Positions 1 to 19,239 of a stretch of 64,000 bases of DNA are shown one piece after another. A model generated the notes under the pieces. The model was not told where the DNA came from and searched no databases. It saw only the letters and a list, made by a program, of their open reading frames with translations. The DNA comes from Eledone cirrhosa (Eukaryota). How positions within the stretch are numbered: position 1 is the stretch's first letter; every line of letters begins with the position of its first letter. The stretch is from assembly GCA_964016885.1 (NCBI GenBank), contig OZ024741.1:318990001-319054000 (forward strand), read 5' to 3'. Made by a program: the position numbers and the translations under genes.

Positions 1-132
1 GAGAGAGACACACAGACAATGTGTGTGTGTGAGAGAGAGAATTTAAAAGTATTATGTGAAGGGGTTGTACATGAGAATAATTTACTACTTCAAAAATGTT
101 TCATTTATTTTAAATATCCACCAAGGAATACA

Positions 133-405
133 TCCTTACTTTTAAAATCAGAGAACTTCTGATAATTTCCGTGAGTGAAAATGACAATAAAATTTTTTTT
201 TAAAATCAACAAAATCGTAATCTATACCATCTAAAAGTTCAGTACTCTCATCCGACTTTGTTTCCTCATAATTTTCTTAATAATGCATATTTTGCGGAGA
301 TACATTTTCGAGTGTGGAGGTTACGATTATGTTGATAATTTTTTTTAAAATATCATTTTCATTCACGGAAATTACCGAAAGTTGTCTGATCTTAAAACGA
401 AGGAT
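133..405. mobile_element. Foldback MITE-like element, about 270 bp, with long imperfect TIRs
   Basis: Left arm ttttaaaatcagagaacttctgataatttccgtgagtgaaaatga mirrors right arm tcattttcattcacggaaattaccgaaagttgtctgatcttaaaacgaagga. Related copies at about 38174-38432 and 39787-40100. Confidence 0.6.
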
Positions 406-564
406 TACTTACTCTATTTTCAACGTTTACATGCAGCAAGCAGAAATAAATTCAACACAATATAAGATCCGATATAAAATTGCTAAGTAGCGACACAGAT
501 TACATAAATAAGAGACAAAACAATTACCATTACATGCACTAGCAGAACTATTAATGTCAGAGAA

Positions 565-1045
565 AAGATGCTTTGTGGTAGTTCCAGCACTTTACATTCA
601 GAGTTCAAATCCTACCGAGGTCAACTTTGCTTGATCCTTCCCGGGGAAGTTAGACAAAGTAAAATACCAAACACTAAGGTTGATTTAATTGATCCCCGCC
701 CCCTCTTCAAAATCGCTAGCATTGTGCCTAAATTGGTAACTATTATTTGCCTGGCCCTTGCCATTCTGAGTTCAAATCTCGCCGAGGTTAACTTTGCCTT
801 TCATCCTTACGGGGTCGATAAAATAAAGTACCAGTAATGTACTCTGATTAATTGCTGGCCTTGTGCCAATAGTAGAAACAATTATTTGCCTTTCATTCTT
901 CCGGGGTCAATATAATCGACTTTTATCTTCCCCCAATTTACTGGCTTTGTGTCAATATTAGAAAGAATTATTACTGTTCGATAAAATAAAATACCAGTCA
1001 AGTACTGATGTCGATATAATTGACTTCCTCACCCCCACAAATTGC
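565..1045 (+). mobile_element. Cluster of partial tRNA-derived Nin-domain-type SINE copies
   Basis: Repeated gagttcaaatc (B box), gcctttcatccttacggggtcgataaaataaagtaccag core and ggccttgtgcc...agaaacaattatt tail. Confidence 0.7.
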
Positions 1046-1941
1046 AGGTCTTGTGTCTAACTATCTTTGACACAACAAACACTGCAGGATTTAACCGAAG
1101 AGGTTGTAAAATAAACCATTGCATTAACAATTTGTGTAAAAAAAAACAAAAAAAAAAACAAAAAACAAGCATTGTTTATATTATTTCTTCTGTGTGGAGA
1201 CAATCTGAAGAGAGAGAGAGAACGATAGCCACTACTGGAGAAGAAATGAAAAAAATACAATTTAAATGAAAACAAGAATCGATTGCAAATAATAACCGAA
1301 CTTCTACGGGAACACACATATATACATTCATACATACACACGTGTGTATATATTTATATATACACGCATACATGGATAACATCTACTAATTGAGACTAGT
1401 ATGACTATTATTCAACTTATTAATCACTACTTTAAATAAACTAAAGTGTATATATTACTTAAAGCATGTAAACAAGCTCTACGGTCAAGCTTATCGTAGG
1501 GATTACATGCTTTAAATACTATACACAGATACATGTATGCAACTTCACGTTAAATATACATGAATACAAATTAAGAATGCATCTACTCCTCCGTAGCTTT
1601 TATTCAATATAAGAAAGTGCAAGACAACGATGGGAGGTGAGAGAAAATAAAAAAAGTTAAATATAGCAAAGACAGCGATGAAAAGCAAGCAGAAGATTCC
1701 ATCGATAGTAAATTAGAAATTAGACGTGTTTAGGGAGAACATGTCCGATGAATAATTAACATTATTACGACGACGGCGGCTTTCTTATGGAAACAACAGA
1801 AGGGACTAGCTAGCACCACAACATAAACTGGTGCAAAATGGTTAAAGAAATGAAGAAAATAGTTTTATTGATATTTATTGTTATATATATAATTATATAC
1901 ATATAAAGATATATATATTTGTGTGGCAGTGTGATGCTTAC

Positions 1942-1984
1942 CTCGGATACTTCGTAAAAGCACAGCATTGCTTATCCCCGCCAT
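1942..1984 (-). CDS. First coding exon of an unidentified gene (MAGISNAVLLRSIR...), possibly a mitochondrial presequence; the gene continues out of the window
   Basis: aaaATGGcg start context, 14 codons plus 1 nt, then a strong GAG|gtaag donor. The peptide is basic/hydrophobic with no acidic residues. Confidence 0.55.
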
Positions 1985-4009
1985 TTTCTGTGTTCAACTC
2001 AAGCCACGCGAGATTTAAGTCTGTCGGTCTCAGCTAAAAACACATGTCTTTACAATTACACACGTACTGAGACAACACTAATTACCACTTCATTAATAAA
2101 TAATTATTTCGCCTCCGTAAATGAACATCGAAATCGTTGCGGATTAGAATTTACGAAATATATCAATCCACATAAATATTCTAAAAGTTGTGTTATTTTA
2201 AACTATTAATCGCAAAACAAATAACACATCTACATACAAATACACACGCGCGCATATATATATATATAGTGAAAGAGGTACATGTGTATATAATTATATT
2301 TTTTTCAATTTACACACGCACACCTATATACACACATGTACATGTTTAATTATATTTTTATTATCTTTAATTTACACTCACATACGCACACATAGTACTG
2401 GGTCTTAATTTCATTACGGTATTTAGAAACAAAATTAATCATACACACATTTGTGTATAATTATAGTATTGTTGTTTCTAAATCTCGTATTAATCATAAT
2501 ATTTGGGTGGGAGATTAATTTTTATTTTGAACATAACATTACCGAATTTATGTTTGAAAAAAATATGCTGAGAGTTATCTTGATAACTGCTTGACAATCT
2601 ATTTATTTTAAGAAAACTACAATAAAAACAGCGAATGGAAAATCAATAAGAGAACTGCTTTCGCGACTTGCAGACATCATCAAATTATCATGTTGAGAGT
2701 TTTTAGCTTCTTTTTCTGACACAACATTTTATTACGTGAAGGTGCGCGGCATAGAAGTTACAGTGTTCGGCTCACCATCTTAAAGTCGTGGGTTAGATTC
2801 CCTGCTGCACGTTCTGTCTTTCAGCAAGATATTTTATTTCATGTTGGTGCACTCCATTTAGCTGGCAAAAGTGAGTTGTTATTCAAAAAACTACCTGAAT
2901 CTCCCTGAGAATTACATTAAGGGTGCGAGTCTATAGTATGTTAAGTCACGTTTTCGTTAACAATACGAGCAAGCTAATCTGTTGATCAAACAACTGGGAC
3001 AGGGTTCCAACGCACATACAATTCATTTCACACAGATTTATAACATATGTATCAGTAAAAAAGGTAGTAAATTTTGGTAGGGTCGAAATTAATATTTTGT
3101 GGTATTCATTCTGACTCTTCCAACGTTCTGAGTTCATCTCCCGCCAGGGGCTACTTTGCCGTTTATCTTTTCACAGTCGATATACAAAGAACCAGTTCAG
3201 TTTTGGGTCGAGCCTTCTCTCTCTGAGTGAATATTGTAACTTCCCCGAGTAAAATAATGATTTCTGATTTAGGCACAAGGCAAACCATTTTAGGGGGAGG
3301 GGAAGTTAATTAAATCCACCCCAAGTGCATTACTAGTAATTTATTTTATCAACCGAAAAGATGAAAGGCAAAGTTGATCTTGGTGGGATTTGAATTCATA
3401 AAGTAAAGAATAGGGACAAATACTGCTACGCATTTGTCCGACGTTATACGGACTGCCAATCTATTCAAGAATTTTGGTATCATGTTTTCTCAAATAAACG
3501 CTCCATAATTGTGATTAATTATGAAATATAATATATTGCTTACAATAATTAACAATACGCATTTTCATACAATAAAATTATATTGTAGATAATCGGTGGT
3601 CGTTTAAACGGTATCGGCCGATAAGGCAAGGTCGATTAAGCGGTAATTAGTCAATTTGCTTATCGGGGCATCCCTGGTTGATATAACTGACTTTTCTCTC
3701 CTCCAAACTGACTTGTCTTCTATCTAAATTAAACACCATTGTAAAACGACAGTATACAATAAAGTTTTTAAAAATAATAAATAACCAGGTTTGCTTTTAA
3801 GTGATTTCATCGATATAATCTTAATCTACACCATGGAAAATATATAACTGCCAATTATTATTTGAAAACATACATTATTGATAAAGTTATGAGGAAATAA
3901 AGTTGATGTGTTGGGGGGGAAGGGCAATAAACTGCAGTTACACTGCACTGATAGCTAAAATATTTAAATGTGCCGAATCTTCGTCTTATGTAAGCAATGA
4001 CTTTTGCTG

Positions 4010-4378
4010 TTTCGCACTGGAAGCCTAGCGTCTTCGTTTGTTTCGTTTTGGATTATTGTGATCATTTCTTTTCTTTATGCATATGCTATTTCCTTTCCTT
4101 TTATTAATAAACCATCTGAAATTAGGTACGGTGTTTTTATCTTTTCGTTTTATTGCCCTACTGTATTCATTTCCAATATATTAATGAATTTTATGACTGT
4201 AGTTGGGGGGTAGGGTTCATTAATAATGAGTCAAAAAAATATAACGAACGATAAAAAAGAAAAACAATATAAGGTTTATTCAAGCAAAAATTATAAAAGC
4301 AACAATCTAACAAATGTGTACATGACATGTTTAGCGACCACGAAAGCAAACGAAGACGCACGACTTCCAGTACGGAAA
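4010..4378. mobile_element. MITE-like element with about 38-bp imperfect TIRs
   Basis: tttcgcactggaagcctagcgtcttcgtttgtttcgt (about 4010-4047) is the inverse of acgaaagcaaacgaagacgcacgacttccagtacggaa (about 4340-4378). Confidence 0.45.
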
Positions 4379-4610
4379 TTGCCGGTCAAAGATCCCCAAC
4401 TTCTTGTTTAGGCCGATTGATTACCCGTGTTTTAATTAAAAGAGTGTGTTGGGGTAGAAGCTACATTTTACATTTGTTTCGGTTTATTGAATAGTATTTT
4501 CCAGATGAGATCCACAACATCTATGTATATATATTATAACTATTTTTGTTAATTACGAAAAAATAAATAATAATTTTTAGAAATGTCTTAAAATAATTAT
4601 AACACCAAAA

Positions 4611-4694
<84 letters not shown>

Positions 4695-4873
4695 GTACAT
4701 GATCAAAATATATATATATATAGTACATGATCAAAGAGACCATCTTATTGAGCAAGCGCTTCACATCCTGTTCTACCCGTGCATAGAGTCACAGTAAATA
4801 TATTATATATCTGTACACTCACACGTGGGTTACCGTATCAGAGAAAACTTAACCGTTAACCGTGTTGCAAACC

Positions 4874-10199
<5,326 letters not shown>

Positions 10200-10323
10200 C
10201 TGATCTTGCCACTTCAATCCAGGATGTGAAACTCCTTCAACCCTCTCAAGGTGCATAATAATTTGTTAAATGTCTCACCCAGACAGATTGTCATTTTAAA
10301 CTTTTGTTATATTCTTTAAAGAA

Positions 10324-10329
10324 AATAAA
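10324..10329 (+). terminator. Polyadenylation signal of the HINT1-like gene
   Basis: AATAAA 125 nt after the stop, followed by a T-rich downstream element. Confidence 0.6.
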
Positions 10330-11249
10330 GAACTGTCCTGGTAATTTGACATTTGGCATTTTATTTTTATTTTCATGTTTTTATTTTATTTTATTTTTTG
10401 TTGTATAAGATAGCAAATTCACAATGTCGTTAGAATGCTTTGTTGTATTCATTCTGGCTCACTACAATATGAGTTCAAATCCACTCAAAACGAACTTAGT
10501 TTTTCATCCTTTCGAGATCAATAAAGCACCAGTTCAATACTGGGGTAGATTCATGCTCTATACTTTCTTTCTTTCTTTAGCAGAAATAGGTAGAGTTTTG
10601 ACCCAAAGAGGGATGGGCTTAAAATGCCCAAGAGATGCAGTATGTATTGGAATGGCATATATTGTTGCCATTCAACTGTTATTAGCCTCTCAACAATACA
10701 AAGAGCACAAATTTTCCAATACTTTGTAAATGATTGTCTGATTCCATTCCTAGCTGACAGATGAAACAAGTGAGCAGATACATTGCTCAATTCCAGTAGG
10801 TGGCTCTGTCCCCTTTTTTTTATCTTCATGGAAAGCAAGGGGTTATTTACCCTGGCTTATTCAACTATTATATAGTTAGCCTGTGTTGTGGCACCTTTGC
10901 CAGATGCTTCATAAACGATTTACATATATAACCAGTTTAGTTAGTATAGGTGCACCATATCCTTGTGTGTCATAGGAAGCAACTAAAACATTGCCTCAAA
11001 AAGATTTGTCCAACCCATGCCAGCATGGAAGTCGACTTAAAACAATGATCATCATCATGTAATCTAACCAACACATCCAAAATTGTATAATTCATCGTTT
11101 TCTTTTAATTATTTCAAGGCATCTGAAAGAGAGGGGTGTTTATGTTCATGGGTGATGCAGAAATCATTATAAATAATATCAACTTCCACATTTAATTTGT
11201 ACGTACATATAATACACACACACACATACAGGAAGTTAGCAGATGCTGG

Positions 11250-11900
11250 AATGAGTACTCAATACCAAAGTAAAGTTTAATATTCTTTATTATGGCTAAG
11301 TGATTGTTATCTAGATATGGTACATATGTATATATATGTGTATATATATATATATAAATATATATATTTATTTATTTACCAGTTTCATAGTTCTTAGGAT
11401 TTTCAAAAGTAAAATTGAGGTGGAGGGTTTGTGTTTCTGTTGTGGTTTGTCTCGCATCTGGTTCCTGTTCGAAAGTTCTTTCTGTTATATACGGAAAGAG
11501 TGGCTCAAATTGCTGGGGGGGTTTTTTAAAGTATTTTGGTTGGTTGATGGCTGACATGGGAATAAGTACAATAAATTTCAGGCCAGTTGGTGTTCGAAAA
11601 ATGTGTTGTAGTTTTTTAAAAGTGTATATATATATATAAGGAAAAAAATCGAAAATGCAACTGGAGTCTCTTTAAGAATATTTATTTGTTTAACCTTTAC
11701 CGGTTTCAGTTCTTATGCTTTTCAAAAGTAGAATTGAGATGTAGGGTTTGTGGTTTTTCTCGCATCTGGTTGGTGTTCGAATGTTACTTCTGTTTTATGT
11801 GGAAAAAGTCGCTCGAATTGGTAGGTTTTTAAAAAAAATGATTTGGTTGGTTGATGACTGGTTGGTATATGTTTCTTAAAAAACCTAGCAATTCGAGCCA
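11250..11900 (-). mobile_element. Penelope-like retroelement remnants (two related copies)
   Basis: Duplicated segment (about 11380-11560 and 11700-11870) encoding ...KPPQQFEPLFPYITE..., resembling the Penelope RT/GIY-YIG linker. Confidence 0.4.
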
Positions 11901-12330
11901 CTTTTTGGGGGGATCACTGTCATTGACGTAGTATGTAGGAAGGCCTCATAGAAATAGTCCTTTTGCTCATCTGCAAGTTCAGCTTGTGAGGTATATTCAG
12001 ATAGTGTAGTGGCTGTAGTATTGCCCAACACTAATCTAAATTTAATTATTCTACCACTCTGACTACCTCAATTAACTGGTCTACCCATCTCTCAGTGAGA
12101 AACATTCCTACTCCACCCACCCTCCCAGAAAAATGTGTACAGTTGTTCCTTACCTGTGATGAACCCGGCTGAAGTACCCCTCTATCTTACTTCTTGCACA
12201 TCAACACATCTGTCTAGCATCTTCACAATCTAACCACACTTACCTTTCCTTGTTCCACCATTGATAGTGGCAAATCTTACATTCTGCATTTGATAAGGTC
12301 TGCGCAACTCCTTGGTGACAGTCAGGTGAT
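11900..12330 (-). mobile_element. RTE LINE AP-endonuclease fragment
   Basis: Reverse strand resembles the endonuclease of the 15.5-kb element (VEMLDR..VQEV, IIKFRLVLG, Y.PQ..KDYFY). Confidence 0.6.
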
Positions 12331-12835
12331 TTACATGCATGTTGGGTTTTTTCTTGTACTACTGTTTTGTGTAATTACTAGGTCCATTGCAGTTTGTATA
12401 GGCCTCACATTAATATCTGATGTAATTAGTATAGCATTTACTGTGTGGGTGGATTAGAGGGGCAATTTGCATGTACATATCCTCGTATATATTGTGTGTA
12501 CAAACCTCCTAGGGTTATGCATATGTGCATTATGTACTCCCACGCTAGGGGGAGCTTCTCAGCAGAAAACATGCTGAAATTAATTAAATGTTAGCCTATA
12601 CAAACCTTTAAAAAAAATTTTATTGGTGGCGTACTGTCACCCATATGTGTATGTGTGTATATATATACACACACACCATCATCATCGTTTAATGTCTATC
12701 TTCCACGATAGCATGGGTTAGACGGGAATTGTCCAACTTGAGGTAAGATTGATCAGGTGACCATGTCTCGCTCGTATAGGACTATCTGGCAGGTTTTCTA
12801 CGGCTGAATGCCCTTCCTAACACCAAGTCATATAA

Positions 12836-14936
12836 CTATATATATAAAATAGATTATGCGTGTGTGTCTGTTTCCGCGTAACTTCTACAGCTTGCAACCG
12901 ATTTTCTTCAAATTCGGCACAAACATGCATTATGTTCCTGACCTTCGTACGAACTCATTACATTTTCAAATTTGTGTCTACTATAAGAGAAAAGCCGAAA
13001 GAGAGAGATAGGCTGTTATACAGAGAGATACAATTAAAGTGTTAGATATTCAAAGAGAGAGAGAGAGAGTGGGTGACGTCCCACACTAGCTTAAACTATA
13101 GATCAGAGTATATCAGTTGAAGGTTTAACAATAAGTAGTTTTACAGTCTTAGATTTTACAGAACAAAGAAAAATTGATACTATTTGAAATTATTGTTGCA
13201 AACATGTGAATTGTGTAATTTTTCGTATTTGTGATTCAAGTACAGAGATGATCTTTCTGGGGATTTTAAACGTCTGGCACAACTGCAGTACCCTGACATG
13301 GAAGGTACCAGCGATGAGGTCTACAACAGAGCACTGATTGACATAGAAGACAGGATTGTTTCACTCGGTGGAAATGATTTGCCCACATATGGTCTGCCCC
13401 AAACATTTTGAACAGGGTCAAACGTACTTCCCGCAGCCATCCTACAACATTGATGCTCTTTCCCAATATGTTATCGACACTGAACTACAACAGGCTTACA
13501 GCACTATTGTCGACCATGTGCGCCACCGAAAAGGAGGTATCTTCTTCCTGGATGGACAGGAAAAACTTTTGTAACAAAGCTCCTCCTTGCAAAAGTTAGG
13601 TAGCTGTTGCTTCCTCTGGGATTGGTGCTACTTTGCTACCCGGTGGCAGGACAGCGCACTCAACTTTTAAACTCCCCCTGAAACGCCTACCTGCAATATC
13701 AGCAAGAGCTCAGACCAGGGTCAGGTCCTCAAACTGTGTCATCTCATTGTGTGGGATGAGTGCACCATGGCCCACAAAGCTCTGGAAGCAGTAGATAGAA
13801 CCCTTAAAGATATCAGAGATTGTCATGCTCCAATGGGAAGTGTAATGCTTCTGTTGTCTGGTGATTTCAGACAGACTCTTCTCGTTATTCCCAAAGGTAC
13901 CAGAACAGATGAAGTCCAGGCGTGCCTTAAATCCTCTCCACTGTGGCGACATTTTACGACCCTGACTCTTACCATTAACATGAGAGCTCAACTACACGGT
14001 GACCACATGTCCGCCAGGTTTGTACAGGATATTTTGACACTAGGCGATGGCAAGGTGCCCCTCAAGACTGCCAGTGAAATAGACGTCTGGCCATGTTGTA
14101 CCATTGTTAATTCTGGGGAGGAGCTGAAAGACCAAGTGTTTCCGAACTTGACAGAATGATGTCTTCATTCTAAGAATCCCTCTCATTCCATCAGGAGCAG
14201 AAATTCCCTTTTCATTCAGACGTCTGCAATTTCCAATTCATGTCAACTTTGCAATGTCCATTAACAAATCCCAAGGTCAGACCGTGTCTGTGGCCGGACT
14301 TCTCTTGGAATAGGCATGTTTCTCACACAAACAATTGTACGTTGGGTGTTCCCGAGTGGGAAGCAGAGGAAAGCTTTTCGCATTTGCACGACGTGGAAAA
14401 ACAAAGAACATTGTTTACGAGGTGTTATAATAAAGAATACGAGGAGGAAGACATATATAGCGTTAGTAAGTTGTATACACATAATCTTCACACACACATC
14501 TACACATACATATGTGGTGACTGACAAGTAATAGGTTTGCGTGAATGTATGTCTGTCTTAGTATATGTATGAGAGAGTGTGTGTATGTGTGATAATTTTT
14601 ATTTTCATTTGCATTAAAATAGAAAATGACACGCCTTTGGTTCGTGATTAAATACACTCACATCTACAGAAACTGACCAAAAATGAGGTGAAAAGTTATG
14701 CGTGAATGTATGTCTATGTGTGTCTGTCTTAGTATATGTATGTGAGTGTGTAGCAACAATTTATTCATTTAGACAGCAACAAAAAATTACACAATGAATA
14801 TTGTTTACCCTAAGGTGCTTCAAAATATAGATATTTTGAAATAATTATGAGAAAAAAAAACATATCTTCATATTTATTGTTTACTAATCTGAATAAGAAC
14901 AAAAGTAACCTGGGCAACGCCAGGTAATTCAGCTAG
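12836..14936 (+). mobile_element. Internally deleted Helitron with PIF1-helicase remnants
   Basis: ORF 13749-14159 WDECTMAHKALEAVDRTLKDIR...LLSGDFRQTL..P (PIF1 motifs II/III). 3' hairpin acctgg-gcaacg-ccaggt followed by CTAG|T at 14933-14937. 5' ctatatatataaaa. Confidence 0.85.
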
Positions 14937-15419
14937 TATATATATATAAGGATAAAGATCCCATAACTCCTTGCGGAGTCATAGAGGCACATTTAAACCT
15001 GGTGGATCCCAACCCTCTCCAGGCCTGAACACAGCCGATTTTTTTTATAGAGGAAGAATCAATCCCAGTACTGGACTGGTACTTTTTTTATCAACTTCGA
15101 AAGGATGAAAGGCAAAGTTGACCATAGTGGGGTTTGAACTCAAGAGTGCAAAACGAGCTGGGACGAATACCGTAAAGCATTGCATCTTACATCTGAACAA
15201 TTCACCACCTTAAATGTATATATACATACATATACCTATATATATATCTATATGAGGGGTGGAGAGGGCCCCGGAGTCCAGTAAGACAACCTCTCTAGTG
15301 CTGGTCGCACGAATAAAAGCACCCAGTCCGTGCTGGTGTTAGGAAGGACATCCAACCAGTATATATTAATGCCACAAACTATGAGCACAACAAATGAGAA
15401 TTGCAACAACTGAGTAAAC

Positions 15420-18400
15420 AGCAATAACACTAACCATGTTAGGGCTGCGCCTGGTAGTAGGGTGGCTGGTGCAGCCATGTGCGAGAACCCCCCGACCGTC
15501 ATCAACTAATCGCACAACAGGAACAAGAACAAGAATATGAAGATTTCGCATCTCAGAGTTGCCACACTTAATGTTGGCATTCTAACAGGTAGATCTGGTG
15601 AGATAGTAGAGATGCTAGAGAGAAGACATGTGGATGTGTGCTGCGTGCAAGAGGTGAGATGGAGAGGTGCCTCAGCGAGACTAATTGCAGGCAAACATCT
15701 TAGTTATAAGCTTTACTGGGTAGATAATTGTTTCTACTTTTGGCACAAGGCCAGCAAATACCCAGTGTATTACTGGTACTTTATTTTATCGACCCCGTAA
15801 GGATGAAAGGCAAAGTTAACCTCAGCGGGATTTGAACTCAGAATGGCAAGGGCCGTAACTCTATGCGTCAAAGCATGGCGTCCGACCCTCTACCGATACT
15901 GCCAATCCTGGGTAGATAATGATGGGTTAGGTGGGGTAGGCATTTTACTGGCTGAGAGATGGATCGATAAGACAATAGCGTTAGTTAGAGTTAGTAATAG
16001 AATAATTAAGCTTAGATTAGTTGTAGGCAAAAGACTGCTGACAATCATCTCTGCCTATGCTCCCCAGGTAGGCCTAGGTAAAGAAGAGAAAGACTGCTTT
16101 TACAAGCAACTTTTAGAAGCAGCCACAATGACAGAGACATCGTCATGCTAGCAGGGGACTTCAATGGTCATGTTGGACAGCTCCAGGATGGATACACTGG
16201 GGTACATGGTGGGCACGATTATGGCTCAAGAAATGAAGGAGTGAGGCTTCTTGAATTTTCTGATGCAAGTGCACTAACCATTTGCAACACTAACTTCGAG
16301 AAACCTACCAGTCACCTAATAACCTACAAATCAGGCGAGCTCATAAGCCAGATTGACTTCTTGCTAGTTAGGCAGCAAGACAAACAGATGGTGTCAAATA
16401 CTAAGGCATACCCCAGGGAAGAATGTACCCCACAGCATAGGTTAGTCGTTAGTGACATCTTAGTAAGCAAGAGACATACAGGAAGGTGTGGAAGCTAAAA
16501 GACCTTTCACTAAAATATAAATTTAGGAAAGTCCTTCAAGATGTGTATGACGAAAAAGAAAACGATTTAGAATTGTATGATATAGATGATAACTGGAATT
16601 TCTTATGTGACAACTTACTGAAGACTACTGAAGAAACTTGTGGATGAAGGAGAGCTCCGACCAGACAGAGAGTGACCTGGTGGTGGATAGGGCCATTAGA
16701 GAAAAAAGACTGGCATGGAAGTCTTTGAAAAATGGTGGGAGCAGAGCAGGATATACAGCCGCTAAGAGAGAAATTAGACGTCAGGTTTACTTAGCACGCA
16801 GGGAGGCTGAGAGTAGGAGGTTTGCCAATGTTCTGCAATAGGAAGATTAAAGACATGTGGTGTTCCGCATTGCAAGGCAGTGTGTCAGTGTAAATCAGGA
16901 TGTTGTTGGAGGTAAGTGTGTCTGGAATGATGCTGGTGTACTTAGTATCACAAATGATCAGAAAAAGGAGGCCTGGAAATGTCATTATGAAAGACTGATG
17001 AATATGGAGAATGAATGGGAGAGAGAGAAATTACCCCCAGTAGACCCGACAGAGGGACCAGCTATTGAAATTGACGAATATACGGTCTAAGAGGCAATTA
17101 AGGAAATAAAAAATGGTAAGGCCGCTGGACCATCGGGGATAGTTGCTGAGATGCTGAAGGCATCAAGAGAAGTAGGCACTAAACTGGTTGCACGCATCAT
17201 CAATCAAGCTATATATGGTGGTGTCATACCCAAAGACTGGTGCAACAGTATTCTCATAAATTGCTACAAAGGTATAGGGGATGCTCTGGAGAGGAGCAAT
17301 TATAGGGACATAAAACTGATGGATCAGGTTATGAAAGTGGCAGGGAGAATATTAGCGCAACTAATTAAAGAAAGGGTCAAATTAGATGAGATGCAGTTTG
17401 GTTTTGTGCCTGGGAAAAGTACAACAGATGCCCTCTTCTTAGTGAGACAACTGCAAGAGAGGTTCTTACAGAAGAATAAGCCACTATACCTAGCTTTTGT
17501 TGACCTAGAGAAGGCCTTTGATAGGGTACCTCGATCCGTCATCTGGTGGTCCCTAAGGAAGCTGGGTGTAGAGGAATGGCTTATGAGGGCAGTGCAAGCT
17601 ATGAACAGAGGTGCTGTCAGGAAAGTGAGAGTAGGAATGGAGTTTAGTGAGGAATTCCAGATACAAGGAGTACATCAGGGAGCCCGCTCTTGTTCGTTAT
17701 AGTCATCCAAGCCATAACAGAGGAGTTTAAGACTGGCTTCCCATGAGAACTTCTCTGTTGACGATCTGGTTCTTATAACAGAATCAGTAGAGGAGCTAGA
17801 GAAGAAATTCTGGCTATGGAAACAGCAGTTGGAATCAAGAGGACTGAGAGTGAACATAGCTAAGACTAAAGTGTTGATAAGTAGAAAAGAGGACAAAACT
17901 GATTCCATCAGGGAAATGGCCATGTTTGATATGTAGAAAAGGAACTGGCATAAATTCTATAAAATGTACATAATGCAGATCTTGAGTACGCAAGAGATGT
18001 ATTGGGATAGCAGACAAACTAACAGGTAGGGAAAACTACATATGCAGTAGATGTACATGTAAATTTGACAGTAGAAGTCGCAGTGATAGACACATTTTTC
18101 AAATGCAGGTGGGTTCTATAGAAGTGATTGATAGCTTCCGGTACCTAGGTGTTCCGGGGCCATAGTCCCTATAAGGACAGGTTGGAAGAAGTTTAGAGAG
18201 CTGCTTCCTCTGTTGACAAAGAAGGGTTTCTCCCTGCGTAAGAAAGGCCAGTTATATAATGCCGATGCGCGATGCTGCAGAGTATATGCGATGGCTGGAG
18301 AGAAATGAAGCAAGCATGCTCCGTTGGATGTGCAATGTCAATATTCGTGAATGAACAAGCATAGATGAGTTGAGAGAGAAACTATATAAGAGGGATAAGT

Positions 18401-18660
18401 TGTAGTGTGTGGCAGAGAAGACTGTAATGGTATGGACATGGGATGCGCATGGAGGATGACCGCTGGGTAAAGAAGTGCCAAGAAATCCCAGTAGAAGGAA
18501 GACGCAGTAGAGGAAGACCACGAAAAACATGGGTGGAGGTAGTGAAGCTGACGGAGATGACAAAGGACCATGACAAGTGGAGAGATGCTGTGCTGAATAG
18601 GACCCGTCCCAACCTTGCAAGCAGGGAAAAGCGGACATAAAATGATGATGATGATGAATA
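15420..18660 (+). mobile_element. Near full-length decayed RTE-clade LINE (APE + RT)
   Basis: RVATLNVG..CCVQEVRW, AYAPQ, GDFNGHVG, SQIDF (APE); QFGFVPGKSTTDA, LAFVDLEKAFDRV, GVHQG (RT); GRRSRGRPRKTW C-terminus; (GAT)n tail. Many stops and frameshifts. Confidence 0.92.
15729..15907 (-). mobile_element. Nin-domain-type SINE inserted into the RTE endonuclease ORF
   Basis: 13-bp TSD ctgggtagataat at 15716-15728 and 15908-15920. Confidence 0.85.
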
Positions 18661-18689
18661 TACTTTATCCAAACAACATTTATTGGGGA

Positions 18690-19135
18690 AGTATTGAAAG
18701 TAATGTGTCACTGGAAAAAATCTGCAAGAACACAAAAGGTCTTAACATACACCAAGCCAGGACTAAATGTGGAACTGAGGAGTCATGTGTGCAAAGGACA
18801 GTGTTAGCACTGGGTGAGACACAGAACTTCAGGCAGGAAGCACCACACATAACTGGAGATCTTTCAGTACCTGTGTCCCCTCAAATCATCAAGAGGCACG
18901 TATTTGATGCCACCCAGGAAAGCGAAACCCGAGAGAATGCTGCAGTTGGCAGGATGGGAAAGGCAGCAAAAAGGGCCTGGTGTTGACTCTAGAGCAGGAG
19001 AGAGGAGATAAGCTGGAAATCAAGGAGCAAAGATGGGTAGTAATTCAGCCACCACTGCTAACCCACCAGGAGGAGAGTATTACAGTTGAGGGTCAAAATA
19101 CCCAATGAACATTCGACACCGCCTGACCAAGGCTA
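18690..19135 (+). mobile_element. Internally deleted RLE-type (Hero-like) non-LTR element remnant
   Basis: N-terminal zinc-finger-like KICKNTKGLNIHQARTKC joined to C-terminal MGKAAKRAWC*L*SRR, resembling the AERASxWLW end of Hero-clade ORFs. Confidence 0.4.
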
Positions 19136-19239
19136 TGTTCGCTGAAGGTGAATGAATGTGAGGCATTTTCTTGAAGATGTAATTATGCCTATATAGTCTG
19201 TTCGCTTTTTACATGAAGATGCATTCATGAACGCAAATA

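Noticed and set aside
13749-14159. PIF1 helicase as a host gene
   Set aside because: Fragmented, intronless and enclosed by Helitron termini.
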